A stretch of 64,000 nt of DNA from an uncultured Phycisphaerales bacterium (GCA_903929885.1 CAIYWI010000074.1:3868-67867); one strand, 5' to 3'; positions 26,383 through 36,770 are shown, numbered from the stretch's first letter. Program-made: numbers and translations. The notes: a model not told the origin generated them from the sequence alone.

Positions 26383-27723
26383 ATGCCGACCTCCCGCCAC
26401 GCGCGGTCGATCGCCTGCCTCCTTCTGACCTGCGGCACCTTGGGCGGCTGCGGCTCGTCGAGCCCCCCCGACACCCTCGGCCGCTCAGGCCCCGACCTCG
26501 CTCCGGCCGATTTTGTCGATCGTGACGCGAAGCTGGTGCAGGTCAACGCCCCGCCGCCCCGATTGCCCGTGACGCCCGACATGATCCGCGGGCCCATCGC
26601 CGCCTCCGGGGGCATCCTCGACGTGACCGCCCGGCCGGGCCGCCCCTCGGACCCGTCGGCCGCCCCCAGCGACGGCGCGTCGGGCCTCCCCGCCGCCCCG
26701 GCCGGTCCGAGCGCCGCGATGATGGCCTCGAGCGCCTCGGCGACGCCCGCGGGCCCGGTCGCCATGGTCGACATGAAGGTGGGCGACATCAACGGCAAGC
26801 CCGTCTACGCCAACGCGTTCCTCGACGACATGGCCGACCAGCTCCGCGCCGAGACGACGCGGATGCGTCGCGACGAGTGGCTGCGCTTCACGCGGGAGAA
26901 GATCGAGGAAAAGCTCAGCCGCGAGATTCGCGACGAACTGCTGCGGGCCGAGGCCATCGGCAACTTCACGCCCGAGCAGAAGCAGGGCTTCTTCTCGTTC
27001 ATGCGGAGCGTGCAGGAACGGGTGCAGAGCCAGAGCCAGGGCAGTCGCGCCGCCACCGAGGAGCGGATCGAGACCAGCGAGGGCCTGTCGCTCGACCAAT
27101 ACATGAAGCGTCGCGAGCAGGAGGAACTCATCGGGTTCCAACTCCGCGAGAAGATCGAAAAGCGAGTGAGCGTGCCGTGGCGCGACATTCGGCAGGAATA
27201 CGAGCGATTCTTCGAGACCTTCAACCCGCCGCCGCGGGCGAAGTTCCGGCTCGTGCAGATTCCCGCGACCAAGACCGAGGCGGTCGAATCGTTCTCGAAG
27301 CGTCTGGCGGCGGGCGAGTCGTTCGCGACGCTCGCCTCGGACGCGACGCTCAACGCCTACAAGCCCGACACGGGCGGACTCGAGGAACGGGAGATCAAGG
27401 GCGACCGCGCCCAAGGCGCGTTCTTCGGCAACGAGGCCCTCAATGTGGCGGCACGCACCACGCCGCCGGGACAGGTCGCCGGCCCGATCGCCGTGGGCGA
27501 CAACGCCTCGTGGCTCTTCCTCGAGTCGATCGAGCAGAAGACGCGGAGTCTGTACGACGCGCAGATGGACATCGAGTCGGTGCTCAAGCGCCGGCGGACG
27601 ACGGAGGCCACCGACCGCTACATCGCGCACCTGCGCGAGCGGGCGAGCATCTCCTCGACGACCGACATGACGCGTCAGCTGCTGACGGTGGCGGACGGTC
27701 GGTTCTGGACAGGGGCCCGCTGA
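26383..27723 (+). CDS. SurA/PpiC-type peptidyl-prolyl isomerase-like lipoprotein
   Basis: 446 aa. Lipobox LGGC (MPTSRHARSIACLLLTCGTLGGCGS). SurA-N-like helical region, then a parvulin-like region (RLVQIPATK...ESFATLA...GPIAVGDNASWLFLE). Confidence 0.65.
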   Translation: MPTSRHARSIACLLLTCGTLGGCGSSSPPDTLGRSGPDLAPADFVDRDAKLVQVNAPPPRLPVTPDMIRGPIAASGGILDVTARPGRPSDPSAAPSDGASGLPAAPAGPSAAMMASSASATPAGPVAMVDMKVGDINGKPVYANAFLDDMADQLRAETTRMRRDEWLRFTREKIEEKLSREIRDELLRAEAIGNFTPEQKQGFFSFMRSVQERVQSQSQGSRAATEERIETSEGLSLDQYMKRREQEELIGFQLREKIEKRVSVPWRDIRQEYERFFETFNPPPRAKFRLVQIPATKTEAVESFSKRLAAGESFATLASDATLNAYKPDTGGLEEREIKGDRAQGAFFGNEALNVAARTTPPGQVAGPIAVGDNASWLFLESIEQKTRSLYDAQMDIESVLKRRRTTEATDRYIAHLRERASISSTTDMTRQLLTVADGRFWTGAR

Positions 27724-27753
27724 GTCGACGGGATTCGCCGGCGGGCGTCGATC

Positions 27754-29460
27754 TCACTTCACGATGTCTTCGCGCTTCCGCACGTCGGCGTCGAGCAGCC
27801 ATCGCTCGAGGTTGTTGCCGGTGATGTCGAGGCGGGCGATGACGTTGCCCTGCTTGTCGCGGATCTCGAGGATGCCGCCGGTCAGGTCGAGGTCGTTGGT
27901 CCACAGGTCGGTGGCCTTGGGGGCCTCGTCGCCCGCGGCGGTCTCGAGGGCCTCGAGGCGGCGGTCGGTGCGGGCCAGTTCCCGCAGCAGCCGCTGCTGA
28001 TACTGCGTGAGCTTGAGCATCTCGTCGCCGGCGATGCGACCCTTGGGGTTGTGCGTCTCGCCGGTGGGCTTCCACTCGCCGCTGTCGACCTTGATCTGCA
28101 GCGCCTTGACGGCGGCGGTGAGTTGCGGATCCTTGAGGAAGGCCAGCACCGACTCGACGTTGGTCCAGTCCACCTGCTCGGCGGCCTGCTCGGCCGGTGC
28201 GGCCTGGGCGGCGGGAGCCGCCACCGCGTCCGATCCCGCGCCGGCCTTCTCCTGCGCGTACCGCAGGACTTCCTCGCGACGTCGCGTCTCGAGCATGGCG
28301 ACGGTCTGGGCGTCGGTCATGGGCACGTAGAAACCCTCGGAGGGATCGACGCCCCACTGGTCGGCGTCGTCCTTGCGGGTGATGCTTCGGCCGCTGGGCA
28401 GGAAGTAGCCCTGCTCGGTGATCTTGAGCTCGCTGCCGTTGCCGCTGGGCAGTTCCATCACGCTCTGCACGCTTCCCTTGCCGAACGTGCGCGTGCCGAC
28501 GACCTTCGCGCGGCTGTTCTCGGCGAGCGCGCCCGCGAGCACCTCGCTGGCCGACGCGCTCGAGCCGTTCACGAGCACGGTGATCGGGAAGTCGGGCAGG
28601 GTGCCGGGCCCCTTGGCCCGCGTCACCTTCTCCGGGTACGCGCGCCCCTTGGTGGAGACGATCACGCCATCGGCCAGGAAGAGGTCGGCGATGGCCTCGG
28701 CCTCATTGAGCAACCCGCCTGGATTGAACCGCAAGTCGAGCACCAGGCCCTTGAGCGAGCCCTTGTCCGCGCCGATCGATCGGAGAGCGGCAAGCACTTC
28801 CTCGGAGCACTTGGGCGTGAACTGCGTGAGCCGGACGTAGCCGATGCCTCGCGAGGCGTCGATCAGGTGGTTCCACTGCGAGGCGTCCCCCTCGCTGCGG
28901 TGGAAGCCCTTCACGCTGCGAGTCTTGATGCGGTCTCGCACCACCTCGAGGTCGAACTTGCGTCCCTTGCGCTCGACGACGAGTTGCACGGGCGTGCCCG
29001 GCTGGCCCATCAGCATGTCGACGCAGTCGTTGATGTCCTTGTCCTGCGTCGAGACTCCCCCGACGCTGACGATGCGATCCTCGGCCATCAGGCCGGCACG
29101 GAAGGCGGGGCTGTCCTCGAGCGGCGAGACGATCGTCAGCCAGCCCTCCTGCATGTTCACTTGCGCGCCGATGCCAGCGTACTCGCCGGTGAGGTCCTTG
29201 TTGAAGACCTCCTTGTCGCCCGCCGGCACGTACACCGTGTACGGGTCGTTGAGCGCCTCCACCATGCCTTGGATCGCGCCCTGACGCAGCACCTTTTCGT
29301 CGGGCGATTCCACGTACCGCGACGAGATGAGGTGCTTGACCTCGATGATCTCGTCGAAGAACTTGTAGTCGTCGCCCATGCGACGGCTCGAGGCGACCGT
29401 CGCCGCCAGGCCGGTGATGCCCAGAAGCACGAAGAGAACGTTCTGTCGACGCATGGACAT
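27754..29460 (-). CDS. S41-family carboxy-terminal processing protease
   Basis: ATG at 29460 within ORF 27754..29574 (MSMRRQNVLFVLLGITGLAA). PDZ region (GIGAQV...LTIVSPLEDSPAFRAGL) and S41 catalytic blocks (LDLRFNPGG, VLVNGSSASASEVLAGAL, GTRTFGKG). Confidence 0.88.
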   Translation of the reverse strand: MSMRRQNVLFVLLGITGLAATVASSRRMGDDYKFFDEIIEVKHLISSRYVESPDEKVLRQGAIQGMVEALNDPYTVYVPAGDKEVFNKDLTGEYAGIGAQVNMQEGWLTIVSPLEDSPAFRAGLMAEDRIVSVGGVSTQDKDINDCVDMLMGQPGTPVQLVVERKGRKFDLEVVRDRIKTRSVKGFHRSEGDASQWNHLIDASRGIGYVRLTQFTPKCSEEVLAALRSIGADKGSLKGLVLDLRFNPGGLLNEAEAIADLFLADGVIVSTKGRAYPEKVTRAKGPGTLPDFPITVLVNGSSASASEVLAGALAENSRAKVVGTRTFGKGSVQSVMELPSGNGSELKITEQGYFLPSGRSITRKDDADQWGVDPSEGFYVPMTDAQTVAMLETRRREEVLRYAQEKAGAGSDAVAAPAAQAAPAEQAAEQVDWTNVESVLAFLKDPQLTAAVKALQIKVDSGEWKPTGETHNPKGRIAGDEMLKLTQYQQRLLRELARTDRRLEALETAAGDEAPKATDLWTNDLDLTGGILEIRDKQGNVIARLDITGNNLERWLLDADVRKREDIVK

Positions 29461-29658
29461 GGAGGTTTCGCCGTCGGGAGGGACGCGTGCAGGACGAAGA
29501 GGCGGCGACATGCCGCGTCCTTGGATTCGCCCGAGATGCCGCCGCGGATCCTGCGACGGACTCCCGCATGACAATAGGGAGCGGCCGACAGATCCCCCAC
29601 CGCGTCATCGCGACGCGTGGATCCAAGCCATGGCACGCCTCAAGCAGTGCGTGCGGGG

Positions 29659-29699
29659 AAAAAAGATCGCGGCGGCCGTTCCTCTCGGAAGACCGCCGC
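29659..29699 (-). terminator. rho-independent terminator candidate (minus strand)
   Basis: On the minus strand, stem ccgccgc/gcggcgg (29693..29699 pairing with 29669..29675) is followed by tcttttttc. It lies about 200 nt downstream of the GT39 gene stop. Confidence 0.45.
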
Positions 29700-29895
29700 C
29701 GTGGATCACGCGCGTTCGCGTCCGCTCTCTCCTTCGGACGCACCCGACTACGCCACCACCACGACCAGCATACCAAGCCCGACGGAGGTTTCAAGCCCCA
29801 TCGTCACGATTCTGGTGCCCGCCGCATCCTCGTAAACGGTTTCAGGACAGGATGTTCGCAGCATGTTTGCACCGTCCGTCGCGGGGCGGGCCGCG

Positions 29896-31440
29896 TCATG
29901 GCACCCGGTAGAGCATGAACTCGAACTGGTGCACCCGCCCCACCGCCACCGGCGGGCCCAGACGGTCGAGCAGGCCGGCGTTCTGGTACTCGGGAACCTC
30001 CGGCGGGTACTGGTCGCGTCGCCCGGCATCGGTGCGGAGCAACAGGAAGTGGCCCGAGGGGGGCAGCGCCGGGGGCGCGGTGCGTCCAAAGACGCCCGGG
30101 TACGGGTCCCACAGGAACCGAACCTGGCGCCCGCTCGCACGAGCCGCCTGCTGGGCGTACCACGCCACTTCCGGTCGCACGTCGATCAACTCGAAGGCAT
30201 GGACCACCGCCCCGTCGGGAAGGTGGGAGGCCAACGCGATGCCGGCGTCGCGGCCGCTGGTGCGCCAGCCGCGACGGTACTCGATCCACGCGGCGTGTCC
30301 CCACGTGCCCAGGAGCACAACGACCAATGACACCCAGGTCACGCCGGCCAACCGCCGACGGGTACGCAGCGGGGTGAAGGGCGATGTCGACCATTGGGCG
30401 GCCACGATGCCGCAACAAAGCGGCAGGATGGAGAGGGCGGGCATCGCGTAGCGAGGATTGGCCACGCCGACGGCGGCGTAGGCGAGCAGGGAGAGGAGGC
30501 AGGCCAGTCGCACCGCACGGGCGCGAGTGTCGGCCAGACCCCTCAGGGGCGGCGACATGGCGCTGAGGGGCAACGCGGCGCCCTGCGGGAGCGCCGAGGC
30601 GAGCGCCACCAGAGGAAGCGTCAGGATCTCAGCGATCCTGGCCGGGTTCCAGAGGAAGTGGCTGGGCGGCTCGGTGATGGCGGGTTCGCCGGTGGCCTCC
30701 CAGGCACGTTGCGTGCCGATGAGGTACATGCCGAACCCCAGCAGCGACACCGCCACGATGATGACGGCTCGCAGCGTCGATGCCGCCGATGTCGACGTGC
30801 GACGGACCATGGCGGCGGCGACGAGGGCGGCCAGCGTGCAGGGCAGACCCGCGGGCCCCTTGACGAGCAGCATGGCGAGGACGGCGCACATCGCTGCCGG
30901 CACGGCAAGCGGACGCACCTTCGGGCTGAGCGCCACATGGATGATGCCCAGCATCGAAAGCAGCGTGAAGAGGTTGTTGAGGGCCTCGATTTCCGCGCTG
31001 CGACCGGGGTAGAGGAAGAGGGGCGTGAGGCAGAAGGCCACGCCGGCGACCGCGCCGGCACGACGCCCGAACCATGCGCACGCCACCACGCAGGTGATCA
31101 GGGCGGCAAGGGTCGAGGCCAACGCCGAGACGCTCCGGGCGGCGAACTCGGTGGTGCCCAGCAGCCACGACATCGCCCCCACGGCCCACGGCATGCCGGG
31201 CGGCTTGCGGAGATACAGATGCTCGAAGAGCCGAGGCAGCAGCGAGAACCCGTCCTCGAGCATGGCCCAGCCGGGAATGGCGCGATGCCCCTCGCTGTGA
31301 GAAAGACCAAAGCGGCCCAAGGCAGGCCAATACACCAAGGCCGCCACGACCAGCGTGAGCGAGACAGGGCCCATCATGAGTTCAGCCCCGCGGGACGCGG
31401 GGAGGGTTGCAAGCGGCGACGCGGCGGGAGTTTGCTTCAT
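29896..31440 (-). CDS. GT39/ArnT-like (PMT_2) membrane glycosyltransferase
   Basis: ATG at 31440 within ORF 29896..31602. About 11 hydrophobic spans. N-terminal loop is ...HSEGHRAI...RKPPGMPW..., typical of dolichyl/undecaprenyl-phosphate-sugar-dependent GT-C enzymes. Confidence 0.75.
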   Translation of the reverse strand: MKQTPAASPLATLPASRGAELMMGPVSLTLVVAALVYWPALGRFGLSHSEGHRAIPGWAMLEDGFSLLPRLFEHLYLRKPPGMPWAVGAMSWLLGTTEFAARSVSALASTLAALITCVVACAWFGRRAGAVAGVAFCLTPLFLYPGRSAEIEALNNLFTLLSMLGIIHVALSPKVRPLAVPAAMCAVLAMLLVKGPAGLPCTLAALVAAAMVRRTSTSAASTLRAVIIVAVSLLGFGMYLIGTQRAWEATGEPAITEPPSHFLWNPARIAEILTLPLVALASALPQGAALPLSAMSPPLRGLADTRARAVRLACLLSLLAYAAVGVANPRYAMPALSILPLCCGIVAAQWSTSPFTPLRTRRRLAGVTWVSLVVVLLGTWGHAAWIEYRRGWRTSGRDAGIALASHLPDGAVVHAFELIDVRPEVAWYAQQAARASGRQVRFLWDPYPGVFGRTAPPALPPSGHFLLLRTDAGRRDQYPPEVPEYQNAGLLDRLGPPVAVGRVHQFEFMLYRVP

Positions 31441-31628
31441 CGGGCGTAACCCATAATACCTCGGGGTGGGCGCGGCCGAAACCTCACAGGCGGCACAGGT
31501 CGTCGCGCAGGCCCATTGACGATCCACGCACGGAAGTTGCGTCCTCCGCCGGACTCCATGCGAATGTTCGGTCAGCCGATGTTCCGGATCGGGAGCACGC
31601 ATCTACGCTTGGCTCCCCCTCACTCCCC

Positions 31629-32495
31629 ATGACGAGCACCACCTCCATCCCGCGAACCTCCCACGCCCACGACCAGCAGGCCTACGTCCTCGGCACGGGC
31701 GTCGACGAGACGGCCCGTCTCGGGCTTCAGCATCGCCTGTGGTCGGCGGCGACCCACGAGTTGTGGGAACGCGCGGGCGTGCAGCCCGGCCAGACGGTGC
31801 TCGATCTGGGCTGCGGTCCCGGTCACGCGGCGATGGACTTGGCCCAGCTCGTGGGCCCCACGGGCCGCGTGATCGCCATCGACGAGTCGGCCTCGTTCCT
31901 CAAGCAGCTCCACGACAACGCCGTGGCCCGTCGGTTCCACCACGTCGAGCGGGTGCTCGGCGACGTGCAGGACCTGGGCACCACCCTCGCGGGCGAACTG
32001 TCGCACGTCGACGTGGCGTACGCCCGTTGGGTCTTCTGCTTCCTGTCCAATCCCGAGGCCGTGATCGAGGGCCTCGCTCGAGTGCTGCGTCCGGGCGGTC
32101 GGGTGGCCGTGCAGGATTACTTCAACTACGAACGCTCCATGACCCTCGCCCCCCGCTGCGAGGCCTTCACCAAGGTCATTCACGCGGTCGCGGCGTCATG
32201 GCGAGCCCGCGGCGGCGACACCGACGTCATGGGCAAGCTCCCGGGCATGTTCGTCAAGCACGGCTTCACCGTCGAGCACCTCGACGTGTGCCAGCGGATC
32301 GCCCGGCCCGGCTCCACGCTGTGGCACTGGCCCAACTCCTTCTGGCAGACCTTCGTGCCCAAGCTCGTCGAGACCGGATTCATCAGCGACGCCGACATGA
32401 ACGCCTTCTACGCGGCGTGGGAACGGGCGTCGACCGATCCGGCCGGCTTCGTGCTCCTGCCCCCGGTCTTCGAGCTCGTGGTGCGGAAGGACTGA
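31629..32495 (+). CDS. class I SAM-dependent methyltransferase
   Basis: ATG at 31629 within ORF 31407..32495. Motif I is VLDLGCGPG, followed by RVLRPGGRVAV. Confidence 0.8.
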   Translation: MTSTTSIPRTSHAHDQQAYVLGTGVDETARLGLQHRLWSAATHELWERAGVQPGQTVLDLGCGPGHAAMDLAQLVGPTGRVIAIDESASFLKQLHDNAVARRFHHVERVLGDVQDLGTTLAGELSHVDVAYARWVFCFLSNPEAVIEGLARVLRPGGRVAVQDYFNYERSMTLAPRCEAFTKVIHAVAASWRARGGDTDVMGKLPGMFVKHGFTVEHLDVCQRIARPGSTLWHWPNSFWQTFVPKLVETGFISDADMNAFYAAWERASTDPAGFVLLPPVFELVVRKD

Positions 32496-32628
32496 ACCCG
32501 GGCCCGCCCGGGGCCCGGCCCCGATTCTCCACGCTCGCGCGCCCGTCGACCGATATGCTCACCGTCGACTTTGACCGCGGACCGACCCGATCGGCGGAGG
32601 CCCGCGTTCGCCTCATGGAGCCACGCGC

Positions 32629-34149
32629 ATGATTCGCTGGATGCTGGCGACGGTCGCCTCGGTCGCGTTCACGGTCGTCTCGCACGCGCAGACCCTCACC
32701 CGCTGGTACTCCGTCGAACTCTTCGGGGCCAAGGCCGGCTCGCTCAAACAGGAACAGGAAACCGTCGGCGACACGATCGTGAGCCGCGCCAATCTCGCCT
32801 TCGAGCTCAATCGCGGCGCGGTGAAGGTGTCGCTGTCGATGTCGTCGGAGTTCGTCGAGACGGCGACAGGCTCCGCCGTCTCGATGCGGTCGGTCCAGAA
32901 CCTGGGGATGATGCCCGTCACGCAGGAATATGCCTTCGGCGACTCCGAGGTCACGATCGTGTCGATCCAGGGCCAGCAGCGGTCGGAACGCAAGACGCCC
33001 AGGCCCAAGGGCGACTGGCTGACGCCCGCCGCGGCCGATCGCTTCGCGACGCAACGATTCAAGAGCGGCGCCAGGGAGATCACCTACGCCACCATCGATC
33101 CACTCAACGGCCTCAGCCCCGTGACGACCACGCGGCGGCTGGGCGAAAGGACCAAGGTCCGCGTGTTCGGGCGCGAGATCGAGGCGACGGCCTGCACCAC
33201 GAGCGTCAGCTCCGCGCCGGGCATCAAGAGCACGGAACTGGTCGACGATCAGGGCGTGCTGGTAAGCACGACGACGCAGATGGGCGGGATCAGCATGGTG
33301 CTGCGACTGTGCACGGAGGAGGAGGCGACCCTGCCGGCCGGCGGTGCGAAGATCCCCGACGCCTTCACGGGCACGTTCATCACGCCTGATCGCATGATCG
33401 CCGACGCTCGCACGCTCGATCGGGCGGTGTACGTGCTGAGCGTCGCCGAAGGGGAACTGGACGCTCCGCCGGCGACGGGATCGCAGCGGTTCGAGCGGCT
33501 GTCGCCCTCCTCGGGCCGGTTGACCGTCACGGCCCGCGAGTTCTCGCCCGCTCCCGCGGCGGAGACGACCGACCCGGCGTGGCTGGCCGACACGACGATG
33601 TGCTCGACCCAGGACCCCGAAGTGGTGAAGCTGGCGCGTCGCGCGGTGTCGAAACTGCCCGAGACCGCGACGGCGATGGAACGGGCCGAGGCATGCCGCG
33701 GGTACGTGCATCGGTTCATCCGGAAGAAGACGCTCGGCGTGGGATTCGCATCGGCGGCGGAAGTCTGTCGCACGCGGGAGGGGGACTGCTCGGAGCACGG
33801 CGTGCTGCTGTGCGCGCTCTTGCGGATCAACGGGATTCCGGCGCGGGTGGCGAGCGGGCTGGTGTACGCCGACGCCTTCGCCGGCGCCCGGCACATTTTC
33901 GGCTATCACATGTGGACGCAGGCGCTGATCGAGATCGACGGCGCGAAGCGATGGGTCGACCTCGACGCGACGCTCTCGCCCGGGCCCTACGACGCGACCC
34001 ACATCTGCCTTGGGGTCTCGTCGCTGGACGATGACGGCCTGACGAGTTCGATGGCCTCGATGGCGACGAGCATGGGACGGCTGTCGATCAAGGTGATCGA
34101 GCCGGCGGGGGGCGAACCGCTCGCGCCGGCCAAGGTCGATGCGCCATGA
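32629..34149 (+). CDS. secreted transglutaminase-like domain protein
   Basis: 506 aa with signal peptide MIRWMLATVASVAFTVVSHAQ. Transglutaminase core is REGDCSEHGVLLCALLRINGIPARVASG...GYHMWTQA...WVDLDAT (Cys-His-Asp). Confidence 0.85.
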   Translation: MIRWMLATVASVAFTVVSHAQTLTRWYSVELFGAKAGSLKQEQETVGDTIVSRANLAFELNRGAVKVSLSMSSEFVETATGSAVSMRSVQNLGMMPVTQEYAFGDSEVTIVSIQGQQRSERKTPRPKGDWLTPAAADRFATQRFKSGAREITYATIDPLNGLSPVTTTRRLGERTKVRVFGREIEATACTTSVSSAPGIKSTELVDDQGVLVSTTTQMGGISMVLRLCTEEEATLPAGGAKIPDAFTGTFITPDRMIADARTLDRAVYVLSVAEGELDAPPATGSQRFERLSPSSGRLTVTAREFSPAPAAETTDPAWLADTTMCSTQDPEVVKLARRAVSKLPETATAMERAEACRGYVHRFIRKKTLGVGFASAAEVCRTREGDCSEHGVLLCALLRINGIPARVASGLVYADAFAGARHIFGYHMWTQALIEIDGAKRWVDLDATLSPGPYDATHICLGVSSLDDDGLTSSMASMATSMGRLSIKVIEPAGGEPLAPAKVDAP

Positions 34150-35111
34150 ACGGGACGCCCGACACGTCCTTGAAGCGATTGCCTCGCCGCCCCGCGGACC
34201 TGCACAAGGGCCGCGCAGGGGTGACGCTGGTCATCGGGGGATCGTGTCTGGGCGAGGAACGGATGGTCGGCGCTCCCGCCCTGGCCGCATGCGGCGCGTT
34301 GCGGTCGGGTTGCGGTCTGGTGCGAGTGCTCACCCCCGCGCCGCTGGCGGTGGCCGTGCTGCAGATGATGCCCAGCGCCACCGCGACGGCCCTGACCGTG
34401 GATCACGACGGGAAGGTGCTGGCCAGCGCGGCGGCGGAGGTGATGGATCGGCAGTTGATCCACGCGGCGGCGATGGTGATCGGCCCGGGCATGCCCGACG
34501 ACGACGCAACCTGCGCCTTGGCCCTTCGGGCCGTGCAGCAGGAGCAGACGCCCGCGGTGGTGGATGCGGGCGCAATCGCTGCGCTCGCGAAGGTGCCCTC
34601 CTTGACCAAGGACTTTCGCGGGCGGGTGATCTTGACGCCTCATCCCGGCGAGTTCCGGCGGCTCGCCGAGCCGCTGCGAATCGCGGCCGACCCGGTGGCG
34701 CCCGCGACCCGTCGCGTCGCGTGCGAGCAGATGGCGCAGCGGCTTGGTTGCATCGTGGTGCTCAAGGGGGCGGGGACGGTGGTGAGCGACGGGCTGCGAA
34801 CGTGGACATGCAGCCGCGGGCATCCGTGCCTGGCAACGGCGGGGACCGGGGATGTGCTGGCGGGGGTCATCGGCGGGTTGATCGCCCAGCACGGGCCAGA
34901 GCCGCACGACCCGGTGCTGGAGGCGGCGAGGGCCAGGGCGGGGATGGCCCAGTCGGAGACGTTGTCGCTCTTCGATCTGGCGTGTCTGGGCGTCGAGGCG
35001 CACGCGATGGCGGGCGAGCGGTGGGCCGCCGAGCGAGGAGCGTCCGGCGGGTTGTTGGCGATGGAGTTGGGAGGGATGATCCCCGCGTGCGTCGAGTCGC
35101 TCCGGGGCTGA
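34146..35111 (+). CDS. nnrD: ADP-dependent NAD(P)H-hydrate dehydratase
   Basis: 321 aa with a 4-nt ATGA overlap with the upstream gene. HKGRAGVTLVIGGS, VVLKGAGTVVSDG and ATAGTGDVLAGVIGGL match the YjeF C-terminal domain. Confidence 0.85.
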   Translation: MNGTPDTSLKRLPRRPADLHKGRAGVTLVIGGSCLGEERMVGAPALAACGALRSGCGLVRVLTPAPLAVAVLQMMPSATATALTVDHDGKVLASAAAEVMDRQLIHAAAMVIGPGMPDDDATCALALRAVQQEQTPAVVDAGAIAALAKVPSLTKDFRGRVILTPHPGEFRRLAEPLRIAADPVAPATRRVACEQMAQRLGCIVVLKGAGTVVSDGLRTWTCSRGHPCLATAGTGDVLAGVIGGLIAQHGPEPHDPVLEAARARAGMAQSETLSLFDLACLGVEAHAMAGERWAAERGASGGLLAMELGGMIPACVESLRG

Positions 35112-35139
35112 GGATGTCGCGACAAGTCTCGCGGCCACG

Positions 35140-35946
35140 TCAACGGACGCAGTGCCACAGGACGACCGCCAGCGCGGTGGCGACATTGAGCGAATCGGAG
35201 CCGGGCGTCATGGGGATGCGCACTGGTCGCGTGGCGGCGGCGATGGTGGCATCGTGCAGGCCCGGGCCCTCGGATCCCAACAGCAGCGCGGGGCGGGACA
35301 CGGGCGGCAAGTCGCGGAGAGAGACGGCTTGAGGACGGGGCGTCAGGGCGAGGGTCGTGAAACCGGCGTCGTGCAGGCGGCCGATCGAGCCGGGCCAATC
35401 GGGGAGCACCGCGAAAGGGATCCGCAGGGCATGCCCCATCGAGACTCGGAGTGCCTTGCGGTACAACGGGTGGCACGAGCGGGGCGTCAGGAGCACGGCG
35501 GCGTGCTCCACCATGCAGGCGAGGTTGCGGAAGATCGACCCGACGTTCTCGATGTTGGCGAGATCCTCGCACACGACGATGCAGGCGGCATCGGCGAGCA
35601 GGGTGTCGAGGGGCGGGTCGGGAAGGCGCCGGCCGCTGGCGAGCACGCCCCGGTGGAACGGGAAACCGGCAACCTGCTCCATGACGGGCGGCTCGGCGAC
35701 CAGGACGGGGATGGCGGGATCGAGGGCGGCGATGACATCGGCGAGACGACCCTCGGCGAAGGCGGGGGTGAGCAGGAGGGAGCGAACGGGGAATCGCGAG
35801 GCAATGAGATGGCGAACCACCCCTTCGCCCTCGGCGATGAAGTGCGCGTGCTCGCCCCGATGCTCGCGGGCTCGAAGCTGGGCGTCGGTCAGGTCGCGAT
35901 AGTCGGCCAGGAGCGGATGGTCGGGGGTGTCGATGCGGATGAGCAC
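35140..35946 (-). CDS. TrmH/SpoU-family RNA 2'-O-methyltransferase
   Basis: GTG at 35946 within ORF 35140..36759. Motifs NIENVGSIFRN, LLLGSEGPGL and IPMTPGSDSLNVATALAVVL. Confidence 0.85.
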   Translation of the reverse strand: MLIRIDTPDHPLLADYRDLTDAQLRAREHRGEHAHFIAEGEGVVRHLIASRFPVRSLLLTPAFAEGRLADVIAALDPAIPVLVAEPPVMEQVAGFPFHRGVLASGRRLPDPPLDTLLADAACIVVCEDLANIENVGSIFRNLACMVEHAAVLLTPRSCHPLYRKALRVSMGHALRIPFAVLPDWPGSIGRLHDAGFTTLALTPRPQAVSLRDLPPVSRPALLLGSEGPGLHDATIAAATRPVRIPMTPGSDSLNVATALAVVLWHCVR

Positions 35947-35973
35947 GGGCGAACCATACCGTGGCGGCGACCG

Positions 35974-36714
35974 ATGCGAGTCCTGTTCTGGAACATCCTG
36001 CACGGCGGGGGCCCGGAGCGACTGCCGGAGATCCTCCTGACCATTGTGGGGGCCGGCGCCGATGTGGTGGCCTTGTGCGAGTTTCGGACGGCCAGGGGCG
36101 GCCAACTGCGAGCGGCGTTGGCCGACCACGGCCTGGAGCATCAGGCGACATCGCACGGGCCGGGACGGGCCAACGGCATGCTCGTGGCAAGCCGCGAGGC
36201 GTTTGAGCGGCTGGAGACTCCCGCGGCGTTTGCCGGGCGGGAGTTGGACCTGCGGCTGGATGGGTTCGGGGGCCTGCTGCTGACGGCGGTGCACGTGGCG
36301 GACGACGCCTCGCCGACGCTGCGGGCGTCGCACTGGAATCGACTGGTGGACCTGGCGCGGGAGCGTCGCGGGGGGCGACACCTGCTGATCGGGGACCTCA
36401 ACACGGCTCGAGGGGAGGATGCGGAGCGGCGGCTGCCTGGGGTGCAGCGTCTGGGGATGCTGGCGACGTTGGGGTATCGCGACCTGTGGCGGGCGTGGCA
36501 CGGGGGGGAGCGGGCGTCGACGTGGGAGGGGCCGCGGGGCGAGGGGCGGCGAATCGACGCGGCGCACGCCAGCGAGGGTCTGTCGGACGCCATCGCGAGC
36601 GCGGAGCACGTGGATGCGCCGCGCGAATCGGGGCACTCGGATCACAGCGCCGTCGTGGTGGAAATCCTCGACGAAACCGGCGGTCGACCCGGGGCGGAAC
36701 GAAAAAACCCGTGA
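35974..36714 (+). CDS. endonuclease/exonuclease/phosphatase (EEP) family protein
   Basis: ATG at 35974 within ORF 35152..36714. MRVLFWNILHGGG, VVALCE, LLIGDLN and SDHSAVVVE are EEP catalytic blocks. Confidence 0.8.
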   Translation: MRVLFWNILHGGGPERLPEILLTIVGAGADVVALCEFRTARGGQLRAALADHGLEHQATSHGPGRANGMLVASREAFERLETPAAFAGRELDLRLDGFGGLLLTAVHVADDASPTLRASHWNRLVDLARERRGGRHLLIGDLNTARGEDAERRLPGVQRLGMLATLGYRDLWRAWHGGERASTWEGPRGEGRRIDAAHASEGLSDAIASAEHVDAPRESGHSDHSAVVVEILDETGGRPGAERKNP

Positions 36715-36741
36715 ATTTCGATGTTTTTTCGCGTCGCGCAC

Positions 36742-36770
36742 TTGGAAAACCGCTCGCACGCTGGTAAAAA
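36742..36770 (+). promoter_or_regulatory. sigma-70-like promoter candidate for the HU-like gene
   Basis: TTGGAA-N17-TAAAAA in a locally AT-richer stretch, about 70 nt upstream of the ATG at 36839. Confidence 0.25.

Noticed and set aside
35140-36714. TrmH methyltransferase and EEP nuclease, divergent with a 27-nt gap, as a nucleic-acid-targeting system
   Set aside because: Both look like single-domain housekeeping enzymes. No additional system components are present and there is no evidence of linkage beyond adjacency.
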